Assembly: GCA_046290465.1 (NCBI GenBank)
Contig: JBKAGP010000001.1
Span: forward strand, 1,760,001 to 1,824,000
DNA length: 64,000 nucleotides
Source: Planctomycetota bacterium
GTDB lineage: Bacteria; Planctomycetota; UBA1135; UBA2386
Direction of reading: 5' to 3'
Made by a program: the position numbers and the translations under genes. Positions 1 to 10,486 of this stretch are shown piece by piece (positions within the stretch are counted from its first letter, which is position 1; each line of letters starts with the position of its first letter). The notes under the pieces are model-generated. The model was not told where the DNA came from. It ran no database searches and saw nothing but the letters and a program-made list of their open reading frames with translations.

Positions 1-11
1 CGAACCTCCAC

Positions 12-1213
<1,202 letters not shown>

Positions 1214-1217
<4 letters not shown>

Positions 1218-2749
1218 GCGGCGACAAGATGTGGGGCGCGCGGTTCTCCGGCGAACTCGACGAGCGCTTCGCCGAGTTCCAGGACAGCCTGCGCCACGAC
1301 CTGACGCTGGCGTTCTCCGACCTCGACACCAACCTCGCCTGGAGCGAGGCGCTGTGCGACGCCGGCGTGATCTCGGACGAGGACCTCGACGCGATCGCCG
1401 ACGCCATCGAGGCGCTCGGCGCGTCGTGGAGCGAGCAGGGCTTCCCCGACAGCGACGCCGAGGACGTGCACAGCTTCGTCGAACAGCAGCTGGTGGCGAA
1501 GCTCGGCGACCTCGGCAAGCGCATCCACACCGGCCGTTCGCGCAACGACCAGGTCGCGACCGACGTGCGCCTGCACCTGCGCGAGTGGGTCGGCGTGCTG
1601 GTCGAGTCGATCGAGGGGCTGTGCATGACGCTGGTCGAGAAGGCCGAGCGGCACAGCGACGACGCGATGCCCGGCTACACCCACCTGCAGCGGGCCCAGC
1701 CGATCACCATCGGCCACCATTGCCTCGCCTACGCCGAAATGTTCGCGCGCGACCGCGACCGGCTGATCGACGCGCTCGAACGGTTCGACAGCTGCCCGCT
1801 CGGCAGCGCTGCGCTGGCCGGCACGGCGTTCCCGATCGACCGCGACGTGCTGGCGATGCAGCTCGAGTTCCAGAACGGGCCGACCCGCAACAGCCTCGAC
1901 GCGACCGCCTCGCGCGACCACCTGTGCGAGGTGGCGTTCGCGTGCGCGATGGCGACCAGCAACCTGTCGCGGCTGTGCGAGGACTACGTGTTCTTCGCGT
2001 CGTTCGAGGCCGGCTACGTCACCTTCGGCGATGCGGTGTCGACCGGCTCCAGCTTGATGCCGCAGAAGCGCAACCCCGACGCGATGGAGCTGATCCGCGG
2101 CAAGGCCGCGCTGGTGCAGGGCGCGCTGCAGTCGATGCTGTCGCTGCTGAAGGGCCAGCCGCTCGGCTACAACCGCGACCTGCAGCACGACAAGGAAGCG
2201 CTGCTGCCGGCACTCGAGGCGACCAACCAGTGCCTGCTGGTCGCCGCCACCGCGGTCGAACACGCAGCCTTCGACGTCGAACGCTGCGCTGCCGAGGCGG
2301 CGCGTGGCTACCTGAACGCGACCGACCTGGCCGACCTGCTGGTGCGCCAGGGCGTGCCGTTCCGCGACGCGCACGGCCTCGCCGGCACCGCGGTCAACCG
2401 CGCGATCGAATTGGGCGTCGAGCTGCACGACCTGCCGCGCGACGAGCAGCAGCGGCTGCTGCCGCAGCTCGACGGCGACCTCGCCGAGAGCCTGTCGGTG
2501 GCGGCGGTACTGGCGCGCCGCGACGTCGTCGGCGGCACGGCGCCGGCGCGCGTGCGGGCCGAGGTCGAGCGTTGGCGCGAGACGATCGCCGAGTGGGCCG
2601 AGGGCTACCACGAGCTGGACGACCTCGACCTCGACGAAGAGGACCTCGACGAAGAGGACCTCGACGAGGAGGACCTCGACGAACAGAACCTGGATGGGGA
2701 GAACCACGACCAAGGCGAGACCGGGGGAGCGGCCGACCGCGATGCCTGA
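1214..2749 (+). CDS. argH: argininosuccinate lyase with acidic C-terminal tail
   Basis: MWGARF start, HTGRSRNDQVATD, MPGYTHLQRAQP, signature GSSLMPQKRNPD; ATGA overlap with argG stop. Confidence 0.96.
2627..2686 (+). repeat. 4 x 15-bp tandem repeat (GACCTCGACGAAGAG) encoding DLDEE in argH tail
   Basis: Directly visible tandem copies. Confidence 0.9.
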
Positions 2750-3299
2750 ACCCAACGTCACCGTCCGGCCGGCGCGCGTCGCCGACGTCGAGCCGATCCT
2801 CGCGCTGGTCAACGAACTGGCCGTGCAGCAGGTGATGCTGCCGCGCTCGCCGGCGTCGGTGATCGAGAACGTACGCGACTTCCACATCGCCGAGGTCGAC
2901 GGCGCGTTCGCCGGCTGCGGTGCTTTGGCGATCTGCTGGACGGACATCGCCGAGATCCGCTCGCTGGCGGTGCACCCCGACCACCAGAAGCACGGCATCG
3001 GTCGCCGGCTGGTCGACGCGCTGGTCGACGAGGCGCGCGCGCTCGGCATCCCGCGGCTGTTCGCGTTCACCTACGTGCCGGGCTTCTTCCGCAAGGTCGG
3101 CTTCGCCACCGCCGCCCACGACCAGCTGCCGCACAAGGTCTTCAACGACTGCCTGCACTGCCCCAAATTCCTGGCCTGCGACGAGGTCGCGATGACCCGT
3201 TCGCTCGACGTCGACGAGCCCGCCGGCGACGTGCCGGGCATGCCCAAGCCGGCGTTTCCGCTGCCGCGCCGGACCGCGGCCTACGACGAGGCCGATTGA
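2742..3299 (+). CDS. argA: short GNAT-type N-acetylglutamate synthase / amino-acid N-acetyltransferase
   Basis: AEIRSLAVHPDHQKHGIGRRLV GNAT motif, LPHKVFNDCLHCPKFLACDEVAM; overlaps argH stop in an arg operon. Confidence 0.85.
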   Translation: MPEPNVTVRPARVADVEPILALVNELAVQQVMLPRSPASVIENVRDFHIAEVDGAFAGCGALAICWTDIAEIRSLAVHPDHQKHGIGRRLVDALVDEARALGIPRLFAFTYVPGFFRKVGFATAAHDQLPHKVFNDCLHCPKFLACDEVAMTRSLDVDEPAGDVPGMPKPAFPLPRRTAAYDEAD

Positions 3300-3453
3300 C
3301 CGGCCCGGATTCTGCGACCGGCCCCTCATTCTGAGACCGGGATCGGGGGCCGTGGCAAGGGGGGTTGCCGCGTCTGCCCGAGCGGAATCGCTCCGATCCC
3401 CGGGCGGCTCCGCGCAAACGCGCAAACAGCGCCCAAACCCCGTTCCAAGCGGC

Positions 3454-3481
3454 TTGACCAGCCTGCGCAGGAGGTCACAAT
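3454..3481 (+). promoter_or_regulatory. possible sigma70-type promoter for the large lipoprotein gene
   Basis: TTGACC-N16-CACAAT in a lower-GC patch about 130 bp upstream of the ATG. Confidence 0.35.
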
Positions 3482-3607
3482 TAACTGGCCCTCCTCCGAT
3501 TCGGTCGGGCACGGCATTCGCAGTTACGAGTAGATCCGGCACGACTACTCCCGCCCGCGAAGGCGCCCGCCACGCCATTCCAGGATAAGGTTTCCCAGGT
3601 CAGTCCC

Positions 3608-6600
3608 ATGAAGCGAACCGTTCCCGCCTCGTCCAATCTCGCCATCCCTCTCGGTCTGTGTCTGCTCGCGCTCGGCGCGTGTAGCGGAGGCGGCGGCGCC
3701 TCGGTCGGTGAGACCGGCGTCGGCGGCGATTTCACGGTCGTGCGCACGTCGCCCGTCAACGGCGCGACGATCTTCCTCAACGACCCGGTCAGCATCGACT
3801 TCACGACGCCGATCGACATCGATTCGGCGACGCTGAACACGATGACGTTCCAGGCGCTGGACCAGCAGGGCAACCCGGTTCCGGAACTGGTCACCGGCAC
3901 GTTCACTCTCGGCAAGGCCAGCGGCGACGTCGAGGTCGGCCGCCGGCTGCAGTTCGTGCCCCGCTTCGCGAGCAACAACGACTACACGAACGGTGGCTTC
4001 AAGGCCGGCCGCACCTACCTGGTGCGCCTGGTCGGCGGCGCGGCCAACAACAACCAGGTGCTGCGCGACCGCAACGGCCGCGCGCTGAGCCAGCCGGTCA
4101 CCTTCCAGTTCTCGACGCGTGACGGCACCCAGCCGGCGCAACTGTTCCGCAACCCGAAGGCGGGCGGCCCGCAGCGCACCGGCCTGAGCGTGACGACCGC
4201 GACCGACCTGAACGACGTCCCGCTGGGTCTGTTCGGCGCGCCGCCGCTGGAGATCCGCCTGGACTTCGACCAGGCGCTCAACCCGAACACCAGCAACGTG
4301 CCGGTTGCGTTCGACGTCAACCCGCTGGTCCGCGACATCAGCGACCGCGGCCGCGTCTACCTCGAGTACGACGACCCGGAATACGGCCTCAACACCTGGA
4401 TCCCGGCCGACGTCGAGATCGAGCGCAACAACCTGGCCGGCGCCACCCTGGTGATGCGTCCGGCCGGCGTGCTGCCGAACAACGCGACCGTCCGGATCAT
4501 CGTCGAGAACACGGTGCAGGACATCTCGGGTGAGAACAACCTGGCCAACCCGGCCTACGACCGCGTGTTCGGCACGTTCTCGACCAGCCAGGCCTACGAG
4601 CAGCAGTGGAACGGCATCGCCGAGGACTTCACCTCGGCGCAGGACATCGACCTCGCGGCCTCGTTCCCCGAGTCGCAGGCCGAGGTCGGTGCCGGCTACG
4701 TGCGCGCCGGCTTCGCCTTCGAAGGCAACCCCACCTCGCTCGAGTACGAGCCGACCGCCAACGAGGTCGTGCTCAACACGTCGTTCACGCAGATCGTGCC
4801 GAAGCAGGGTCTGCCGTTCACGGTCTCGGGCGGCGTCTTCAACTTCAAGAACGTCACCATCCCGCAGGGCGTGACGGTGCGCGGCACCGGCCCCAACCCG
4901 ATGGTCTGGCTGTGCAGCGGCAAGTTCACGGTCTCCGGCACGCTGACGGTGAGCGGCGGTAACGGCGCTCGCGTCGACACGCTGAACTCGGCCAACTTCG
5001 CCAAGGCCGGCGGCGTCGGCTCGTGTGGCGGCGGCAACGGCGGCGAAGGCACGCCGAGCGCGACCCAGCGCGACCTGGCCGGCGGCACCGGCCGCGGCCC
5101 GCTGCAGGAAGCCGGCAAGGGCGGCCGCGGCGGCAACCTCGCGTGCACCTCGGGCTGCTACACCGGCTCGGGCTACAACGGCTCGGGCGGTGGCTCGGGC
5201 GGTGGCGGCGGCACGATGGCCACCCAGGGTGACCTCAACTGGCGCGGCACGATCCCGTCGGGCACGATCCCGAACACGGCCGGCAACACCTCGTTCCAGC
5301 AGGTGTTCGGCTACGGCGGCGCCGGCTGCAGCGGCACGTCGGCGGCCCGTTCGCAGTTCCTCGCCGGCGGTGAGCCGGGCGACCGCGTGTTCACCGACTC
5401 GCGCCAGGACAACAACTTCTGGGGCAGCGCGATCGACATCAACCGCAACCTGCGCATCACCGGCGAGCTGGTGAGCCCGGTCGGCGGTGGCGGTGGCGGC
5501 GGCGGTGGCGACACCTCGCCGGGCCAGAACTGCACGCTCACCGGCGGCAACCCGACCGCGGACTGGTCGGGCGGCGGCGGCGGCGGCGGCGGCGGCGTGC
5601 TGATCGTCAAGGCGCTCGAAGAGATCCGCGTCACCGCGTCCGGCAAGATCCGCGCGGACGGCGGCAACGGCGGCGGCGGCGAGCAGGTCGGCGCCTGTGG
5701 TGAAGGCGGTGGCGGCGGCGGTGGCGCCGGCGGCATGGTCATCCTGATGTCGGCCTCGCGCATCGTCATCGAAGCGCACGGCGACCCGACGGTCGGCGCC
5801 AACGGCCGCTACGTCTACGGCAGCCCGTCGACGACCGCGACGGCCACCCACCCCTACGTCGGCCGCGACTACGACTTCGCGATCTCGGCCGACGGCGGCG
5901 TGTGCACGACCGGTGGCTTCGGCTCGATCAACATCCAGGGCAAGTACCGCCCGAACGGCACCGACATGGTGCCGGGCACGTCCTACGACGGCGAGCCGCT
6001 GGGCGGCCTCGGCGGCATGGGCATCGTGCAGCTGATGGTCCCGCCGGGTGAGAACCTGACCGACGGCACCAACACGCGCCTGGACGACAACATCCAGTTC
6101 CTGACGCCCGGCAGCCTCAACGAGATCGTCGGCGCCGGCAAGCGCCAACTGCTGGCGTGGCGCGGCTTCCCGAACGCGACCAACACGTTCGTCGACGACT
6201 TCGGCAACCCGACCGACGTCGGCAACAACGAGGGCGACATCCGCCCGGCGCCGACGCTGATGCCGGTGCCGTTCAACTCGAAGTCGCGCATCCGCTCGAA
6301 GTGGATCGACACCGGCGCGTCGCAGCGCCGCGCGCTGACCGTCGCCGACAACCAGCCGCGCGGCCTGATCACGGCCAACGGCGCGCAGGTCGGCCCGACG
6401 TTCGAGTTCGCCGGCCTCGACCTCGCCTCGCAGGTCGCCGGTTACGTCGACTACGAGACGCTCGGCTCGTCCGTGCGCATCAAGTACCCGGTCGCCGTGT
6501 CGGCGGCGCCGCTCGCGTCGCTCGAGACCGACGCGACCTACCTCGGCGAGCCCGCCTACAAGATCACGCTCGGCTCGTCGTCGCTCGGCGAAGACGACCG

Positions 6601-7114
6601 CTACGTGCAATACGAGGCGGAGCTGCTGAACAACGCCGGCTCGGTGCTGGCGGGCTACCGGATCCTGAGCCACACGGCCAACGAGATCCTGGTCGAGCCG
6701 ATCGCTGGCTTGGTGCCGACGCAGGCCACCCAGGTGCAGGTGCGCGCCAAGTTCTTCAAGATCGTGACCAACGGCTCGGAAGGCCTCGGCCCGACCTACC
6801 AGGAGAGCGTCAACAACCCGACGCCGATCCCGTTCGCGAACGTGCGCATCGGCTTCGCGTTCCACCAGGATCCGGACCCGAACAACATCCTCGCAGGCCG
6901 CTACCCGGCCACCAGCGAGCAGGACTTCGTGCGGGACCTGAACGACCCGAACCTGCAGGCCTGGATCGCCACCAACGGCGCGCCGCGCTACGTGCAGTGG
7001 GACGTCGTGTTCGACATGGCCTACCACCCGACGAACCCGGCCCTGTCGAGGACGCTGACGCCGTCGACGCCGCGGCCGCAGATCGAGTTCCTGCGCCTGC
7101 CGTTCCGGTTCTAG
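3608..7114 (+). CDS. large putative surface lipoprotein with Ig-like (Big_5/SbsA-like) and glycine-rich domains
   Basis: Signal peptide with lipobox LGAC; TSPVNGATIFLNDPVSIDFTTPID is Big_5-like; long Gly runs in the central region; clean high-GC codon usage. Confidence 0.8.
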   Translation: MKRTVPASSNLAIPLGLCLLALGACSGGGGASVGETGVGGDFTVVRTSPVNGATIFLNDPVSIDFTTPIDIDSATLNTMTFQALDQQGNPVPELVTGTFTLGKASGDVEVGRRLQFVPRFASNNDYTNGGFKAGRTYLVRLVGGAANNNQVLRDRNGRALSQPVTFQFSTRDGTQPAQLFRNPKAGGPQRTGLSVTTATDLNDVPLGLFGAPPLEIRLDFDQALNPNTSNVPVAFDVNPLVRDISDRGRVYLEYDDPEYGLNTWIPADVEIERNNLAGATLVMRPAGVLPNNATVRIIVENTVQDISGENNLANPAYDRVFGTFSTSQAYEQQWNGIAEDFTSAQDIDLAASFPESQAEVGAGYVRAGFAFEGNPTSLEYEPTANEVVLNTSFTQIVPKQGLPFTVSGGVFNFKNVTIPQGVTVRGTGPNPMVWLCSGKFTVSGTLTVSGGNGARVDTLNSANFAKAGGVGSCGGGNGGEGTPSATQRDLAGGTGRGPLQEAGKGGRGGNLACTSGCYTGSGYNGSGGGSGGGGGTMATQGDLNWRGTIPSGTIPNTAGNTSFQQVFGYGGAGCSGTSAARSQFLAGGEPGDRVFTDSRQDNNFWGSAIDINRNLRITGELVSPVGGGGGGGGGDTSPGQNCTLTGGNPTADWSGGGGGGGGGVLIVKALEEIRVTASGKIRADGGNGGGGEQVGACGEGGGGGGGAGGMVILMSASRIVIEAHGDPTVGANGRYVYGSPSTTATATHPYVGRDYDFAISADGGVCTTGGFGSINIQGKYRPNGTDMVPGTSYDGEPLGGLGGMGIVQLMVPPGENLTDGTNTRLDDNIQFLTPGSLNEIVGAGKRQLLAWRGFPNATNTFVDDFGNPTDVGNNEGDIRPAPTLMPVPFNSKSRIRSKWIDTGASQRRALTVADNQPRGLITANGAQVGPTFEFAGLDLASQVAGYVDYETLGSSVRIKYPVAVSAAPLASLETDATYLGEPAYKITLGSSSLGEDDRYVQYEAELLNNAGSVLAGYRILSHTANEILVEPIAGLVPTQATQVQVRAKFFKIVTNGSEGLGPTYQESVNNPTPIPFANVRIGFAFHQDPDPNNILAGRYPATSEQDFVRDLNDPNLQAWIATNGAPRYVQWDVVFDMAYHPTNPALSRTLTPSTPRPQIEFLRLPFRF

Positions 7115-7177
7115 ACCGGGCCGGATCGGGTCCGGCTTCGCGGGGGCACGCTCCCCCGCCGGCCAACGAGGACGACG

Positions 7178-7211
7178 GCAAAGAGCCCGGCCCTGGTGCC
7201 GGGCTCTTTGC
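7178..7211 (+). terminator. intrinsic terminator-like hairpin
   Basis: GCAAAGAGCCCGGC-loop-GCCGGGCTCTTTGC perfect 14-bp inverted repeat downstream of the lipoprotein gene. Confidence 0.7.
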
Positions 7212-7258
7212 GTTGCTGCCGCTTGCCCGCGGACGGCCGCGCCGCCACCCTGCACGCC

Positions 7259-8419
7259 ATGCAAGGTCGCCTCACCACCCCGCCTGCCCACGTCGCCCTG
7301 CCGCCGGGCTTCACCGCTGCCGGCATCCACTGCGGCCTGAAGAAGAACCAGGCGCTCGACCTCGCGATCCTGCACGCCGACCGCCCGACACCGACGCACG
7401 CGCTGTTCACCAACAACGCGCTTCTCGGCGCCCACATCCCGGTCTGCCGCGACCACCTCGCCCGCTCCGACCACCAGATCCGCGCGATCGTGGTCAATGC
7501 GCGCAACGCCAACTGCGCCACCGGCCAGCAGGGCATCGACGACGCCTATGCCGTCTGCGCCGAACTGGCCGAGCGCCTGGGCTGTCCGACCGAACAGGTC
7601 CTGATGGCCAGCACCGGCCCGATCGGCGCCCCGCTGCCGCGGCAGCGCATCGTCGACCACCTCGACGCGCTGCTCGACGCTCGCAGCGCGGACGGCGGCA
7701 TGGCGTTCGCGCAGGCGATCATGACGACCGATACACACGCCAAGGCGGCCACCGTCGACAGCGGCACCCGCTCCACCGGCTTTGCCAAGGGCAGCGGCAT
7801 GATCCACCCCGACATGGCGACGATGCTCGGCTTCCTGCTGACCGACGGCAGCTGTGACGCAGCCACGCTGCGCCGCGTCGCGGACCGGACGTTCCATCGG
7901 GTGACGGTCGACGGCGACACTTCGCCGAACGACTCGCTGTTCGTGATGGCGACCGGGGCCAACGGCGACGCCGGGCCCGAACTGCGCCAGGTGTCGGCCG
8001 ACCTGGCGATGCAGGTCGCCGGCGACGGCGAGGGCGCGAGCCGACTGATCACCGTCGAGGTCCGCGGCGCCCCCGACGAGGACGCGGCCGCCCACGTCGG
8101 CCGCGTCATCGCGACCAGCCCGTTGGTCAAGACCGCGGTCGCCGGCCGGGACCCCAACTGGGGCCGCATCGTCGCGGCTGCAGGTCGCGCCGGCGTGCCG
8201 TTCGCTCCCGAACGTGCGAGGGTCTGGGTCGGCAGCGTCGAGGTGTTCTCTCTCGGCGTGCCGCGCCCCGAGCGGGAGGTGGACGGCAGCCGCCACCTGC
8301 AGCAGGACGAACGGGTGGTGCTGGGCATCGACCTGGGCGCCGGCGACGGCGAGGCCGATGTCTGGACGTGCGATCTGACCGCGGACTACGTGAGCATCAA
8401 CGCGGACTACCGGACGTAG
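7259..8419 (+). CDS. argJ: ornithine acetyltransferase / glutamate N-acetyltransferase
   Basis: NARNANCATG, IMTTDT, AKGSGMIHPDMATML autoproteolysis motif, DGDTSPND, DPNWGRI, YVSINADYRT C-terminus. Confidence 0.95.
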   Translation: MQGRLTTPPAHVALPPGFTAAGIHCGLKKNQALDLAILHADRPTPTHALFTNNALLGAHIPVCRDHLARSDHQIRAIVVNARNANCATGQQGIDDAYAVCAELAERLGCPTEQVLMASTGPIGAPLPRQRIVDHLDALLDARSADGGMAFAQAIMTTDTHAKAATVDSGTRSTGFAKGSGMIHPDMATMLGFLLTDGSCDAATLRRVADRTFHRVTVDGDTSPNDSLFVMATGANGDAGPELRQVSADLAMQVAGDGEGASRLITVEVRGAPDEDAAAHVGRVIATSPLVKTAVAGRDPNWGRIVAAAGRAGVPFAPERARVWVGSVEVFSLGVPRPEREVDGSRHLQQDERVVLGIDLGAGDGEADVWTCDLTADYVSINADYRT

Positions 8420-8453
8420 CGCGGGTTCGGGTTGCGGCTCGGCGCCGGGCGAT

Positions 8454-8490
8454 CTGGCAGTCGGCTGCCTGGCGGTCGGCTGCCTGGCGG
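8454..8490. repeat. about 2.5 x 15-bp intergenic tandem repeat (CTGGCGGTCGGCTGC)
   Basis: Directly visible. Confidence 0.7.
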
Positions 8491-8536
8491 CGGTGAAAGT
8501 TGGAGGATGAACCGCGTACCGTACGGCAAGTCTGGG

Positions 8537-9091
8537 CTACGGGTGGTCGTCGAGCCAGGGGCGGTAGCTCTTGGGCGGTTCGACGCCGCGCTCGTTCCAC
8601 CACTCGCGGTGGTCGCTGGCGCCTTCCTGGAGCCCCGCCACGTAGCCGATGCGCGCATCCGGCACACTGTCGCAGTAGGGCAGGTAGGGCTTCAGGTCCA
8701 GCACCGGCGTACCGTCCAGCAGGTCGCAGTCCGACAGCTGCAGCACGCGCTTCTCGATCCGCTCGAGCTTCACGCACGACAGCCCGATCGGGTTCGGCCG
8801 CTGGGGCGCGCGGGTGGCGAACACGCCGCGCTTCTGGTCGTCGCGCGGCGGGCGGACCTGCAGCGGGTTGCCGCGGGCGTGGTGGCACCAGAACAGCACC
8901 CAGAGATGGCTGAAGCCGTCGAGGTCCTGCAGGCCGTTCTGCATGCCCTGGAACACTTCGATCTCGACCGCCGCCCCGCGGCCGAGGCCGCTCTGGCGCG
9001 GCGCCTCGTGGTGCAGGCGCTGCGGGCTGCGCACGACGCCGATGGCACGGAGGCCCGGCGTGACGAACGGCTCGCCGTCCGCGCCGGTCAC
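8537..9091 (-). CDS. tsaA: tRNA m6t6A37 methyltransferase TrmO
   Basis: GFSHLWVLFW, GVFATRAPQRPNPIGLS, DLLDGTPVLDLKPY; GTG start overlaps the upstream stop (GTGA). Confidence 0.9.
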   Translation of the reverse strand: MTGADGEPFVTPGLRAIGVVRSPQRLHHEAPRQSGLGRGAAVEIEVFQGMQNGLQDLDGFSHLWVLFWCHHARGNPLQVRPPRDDQKRGVFATRAPQRPNPIGLSCVKLERIEKRVLQLSDCDLLDGTPVLDLKPYLPYCDSVPDARIGYVAGLQEGASDHREWWNERGVEPPKSYRPWLDDHP

Positions 9092-9603
9092 TTCAGCTCG
9101 CTTCGCTTCAGCTTGATCGGCTGGCCGATCTGCAGGCGCTTCAGCTGCGGGGCGGTGAAGCCGTTCCACGCGACGATCTCGTTCCAGCGGGTGCCGCTGC
9201 CGAGGTGCCGCCGGGCGACGTGGATCAGGGTCTCGTTCTGCTTCAGCTCGACGACGACCCACTCGGATTCGGGCTCGGGGGCGGGTCCGGGGGGCTGCTC
9301 AACCGGTCGCGGATCGGGCTGCGGTTCCGGCTGCCGCTGCGGCTCGGGCCGCCGCCGCGCTTCGGCCGGATCGCGACGCGGGGTGGCGACCGGGCGCTGC
9401 ACCTCGGGCTCGGCCGGTCGCAGCCGATGGCCGGGGCCGACCTCGCGACCGAGCGCCCGCAGCGCCTCGCGCAGCGAAGCCTGCTGGCCGCCGACCTCGA
9501 GCACCAGCACGTCTTCGTGCACCGTCGCCTCCACTGGCTTCGCACACGAAGCCAGCAGCTGGAACGCCGCGCATAGCACGGCCCACACCCAACCCTGCCG
9601 CAT
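9088..9603 (-). CDS. LysM-domain lipoprotein
   Basis: Lipobox LASC, Pro-rich linker, C-terminal LKQNETLIHVARRHLGSGTRWNEIVAWN...LQIGQPIKL. Confidence 0.8.
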   Translation of the reverse strand: MRQGWVWAVLCAAFQLLASCAKPVEATVHEDVLVLEVGGQQASLREALRALGREVGPGHRLRPAEPEVQRPVATPRRDPAEARRRPEPQRQPEPQPDPRPVEQPPGPAPEPESEWVVVELKQNETLIHVARRHLGSGTRWNEIVAWNGFTAPQLKRLQIGQPIKLKRSELK

Positions 9604-9685
9604 GCCCGGATCTTCGCAGATCCGGGGCCCGACGACCATTCTCTTGCAGAACAGGGGCCGAACGCCGAACGTGGCTCGCCGCCGA

Positions 9686-10477
9686 ATGTCGACCACGCGC
9701 CGCCTGCTCCTGACCGCCCTGCCCAAGGTCCCGCTGTCCAAGCTGACCGGGCTGCTGACGAGCCTGCCGCTGCCGGGCTTCCTGCGCGGCCCGGCCTACC
9801 GCTGGTTCGCGCGGCGCTACGGCGCCGAGCTCGGTGACCTCAACGCCGAGCTGCGCTCGTTCCGCAGCCTGCAGGCGTTCTTCCGCCGCGAACTCCGCGA
9901 AGGCGCCCGCCCGGTCGCCGACGCCGCGCTGGTCTGGCCGTGCGACGGCCGCATCGTCACCGCCGGCCCGATCGACGGCGAACGGATCCCCCAGGTGAAG
10001 GGCAACGACTACGCGCTCGCCGACCTGCTCGGCGACGCCGAACTCGCGCGCCGGCTCGCCGGCGGCCAGCAGGCGACCGTCTACCTCGCGCCCGGCGACT
10101 ACCACCGGGTGCACTGCCCGTTCGACGGCGAGGTCGCCGCGGTGCAGCCGATTCGCGGCACGCTGTTCCCGGTCAACCCGCCGGCCGTGCGCTGCATCGA
10201 CCAGCTGTTCGTGCGCAACAGCCGCCACGTCTACCGCTGCACGATGCGCGACGGCACCCCGGCCGCGGTCGTGCTGGTCGGCGCCTACAACGTCGGCGGC
10301 ACGCTGGTCACGCAGCCCTCCGGCCCGGTCGCGCGCGGCCAGGAACTCGGCCAGTTCGGGTTCGGCTCGACGGTCGTGTTCGTGCTCGGCCCGGGCGCCG
10401 CCAAGCTGCTGCCGATGGAGCCCGAGCAGCGCGTGCGCATGGGCGAGGCCGCCAGCGCGGCCCCCGCCTGCACCTGA
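9686..10477 (+). CDS. psd: phosphatidylserine decarboxylase proenzyme
   Basis: FFRRELREGARP, PCDG, YLAPGDYHRVH, VGAYNVG, FGST cleavage motif. Confidence 0.9.
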   Translation: MSTTRRLLLTALPKVPLSKLTGLLTSLPLPGFLRGPAYRWFARRYGAELGDLNAELRSFRSLQAFFRRELREGARPVADAALVWPCDGRIVTAGPIDGERIPQVKGNDYALADLLGDAELARRLAGGQQATVYLAPGDYHRVHCPFDGEVAAVQPIRGTLFPVNPPAVRCIDQLFVRNSRHVYRCTMRDGTPAAVVLVGAYNVGGTLVTQPSGPVARGQELGQFGFGSTVVFVLGPGAAKLLPMEPEQRVRMGEAASAAPACT

Positions 10478-10486
10478 TCGGCCGAC

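Noticed and set aside
3353..3368. TGGCAAGGGGGGTTGC as a sigma54 promoter
   Set aside because: The GG-to-GC spacing is 11 nt rather than the strict 10.
3545..8296. 1583-aa minus-strand ORF and other long antisense or alternate-frame ORFs (e.g. 15852-19262, 34777-37812, 40160-44173, 60092-63829)
   Set aside because: These are shadow ORFs typical of high-GC DNA: Arg/Ala/Gly-rich, without motifs, and overlapping well-supported genes.
8432..9685. Long N-terminal extensions in the ORF track (psd, kinase, der, mutL, radical SAM, ubiX, ku)
   Set aside because: They overlap neighbouring real genes; family motifs begin at downstream starts, often at stop/start overlaps.
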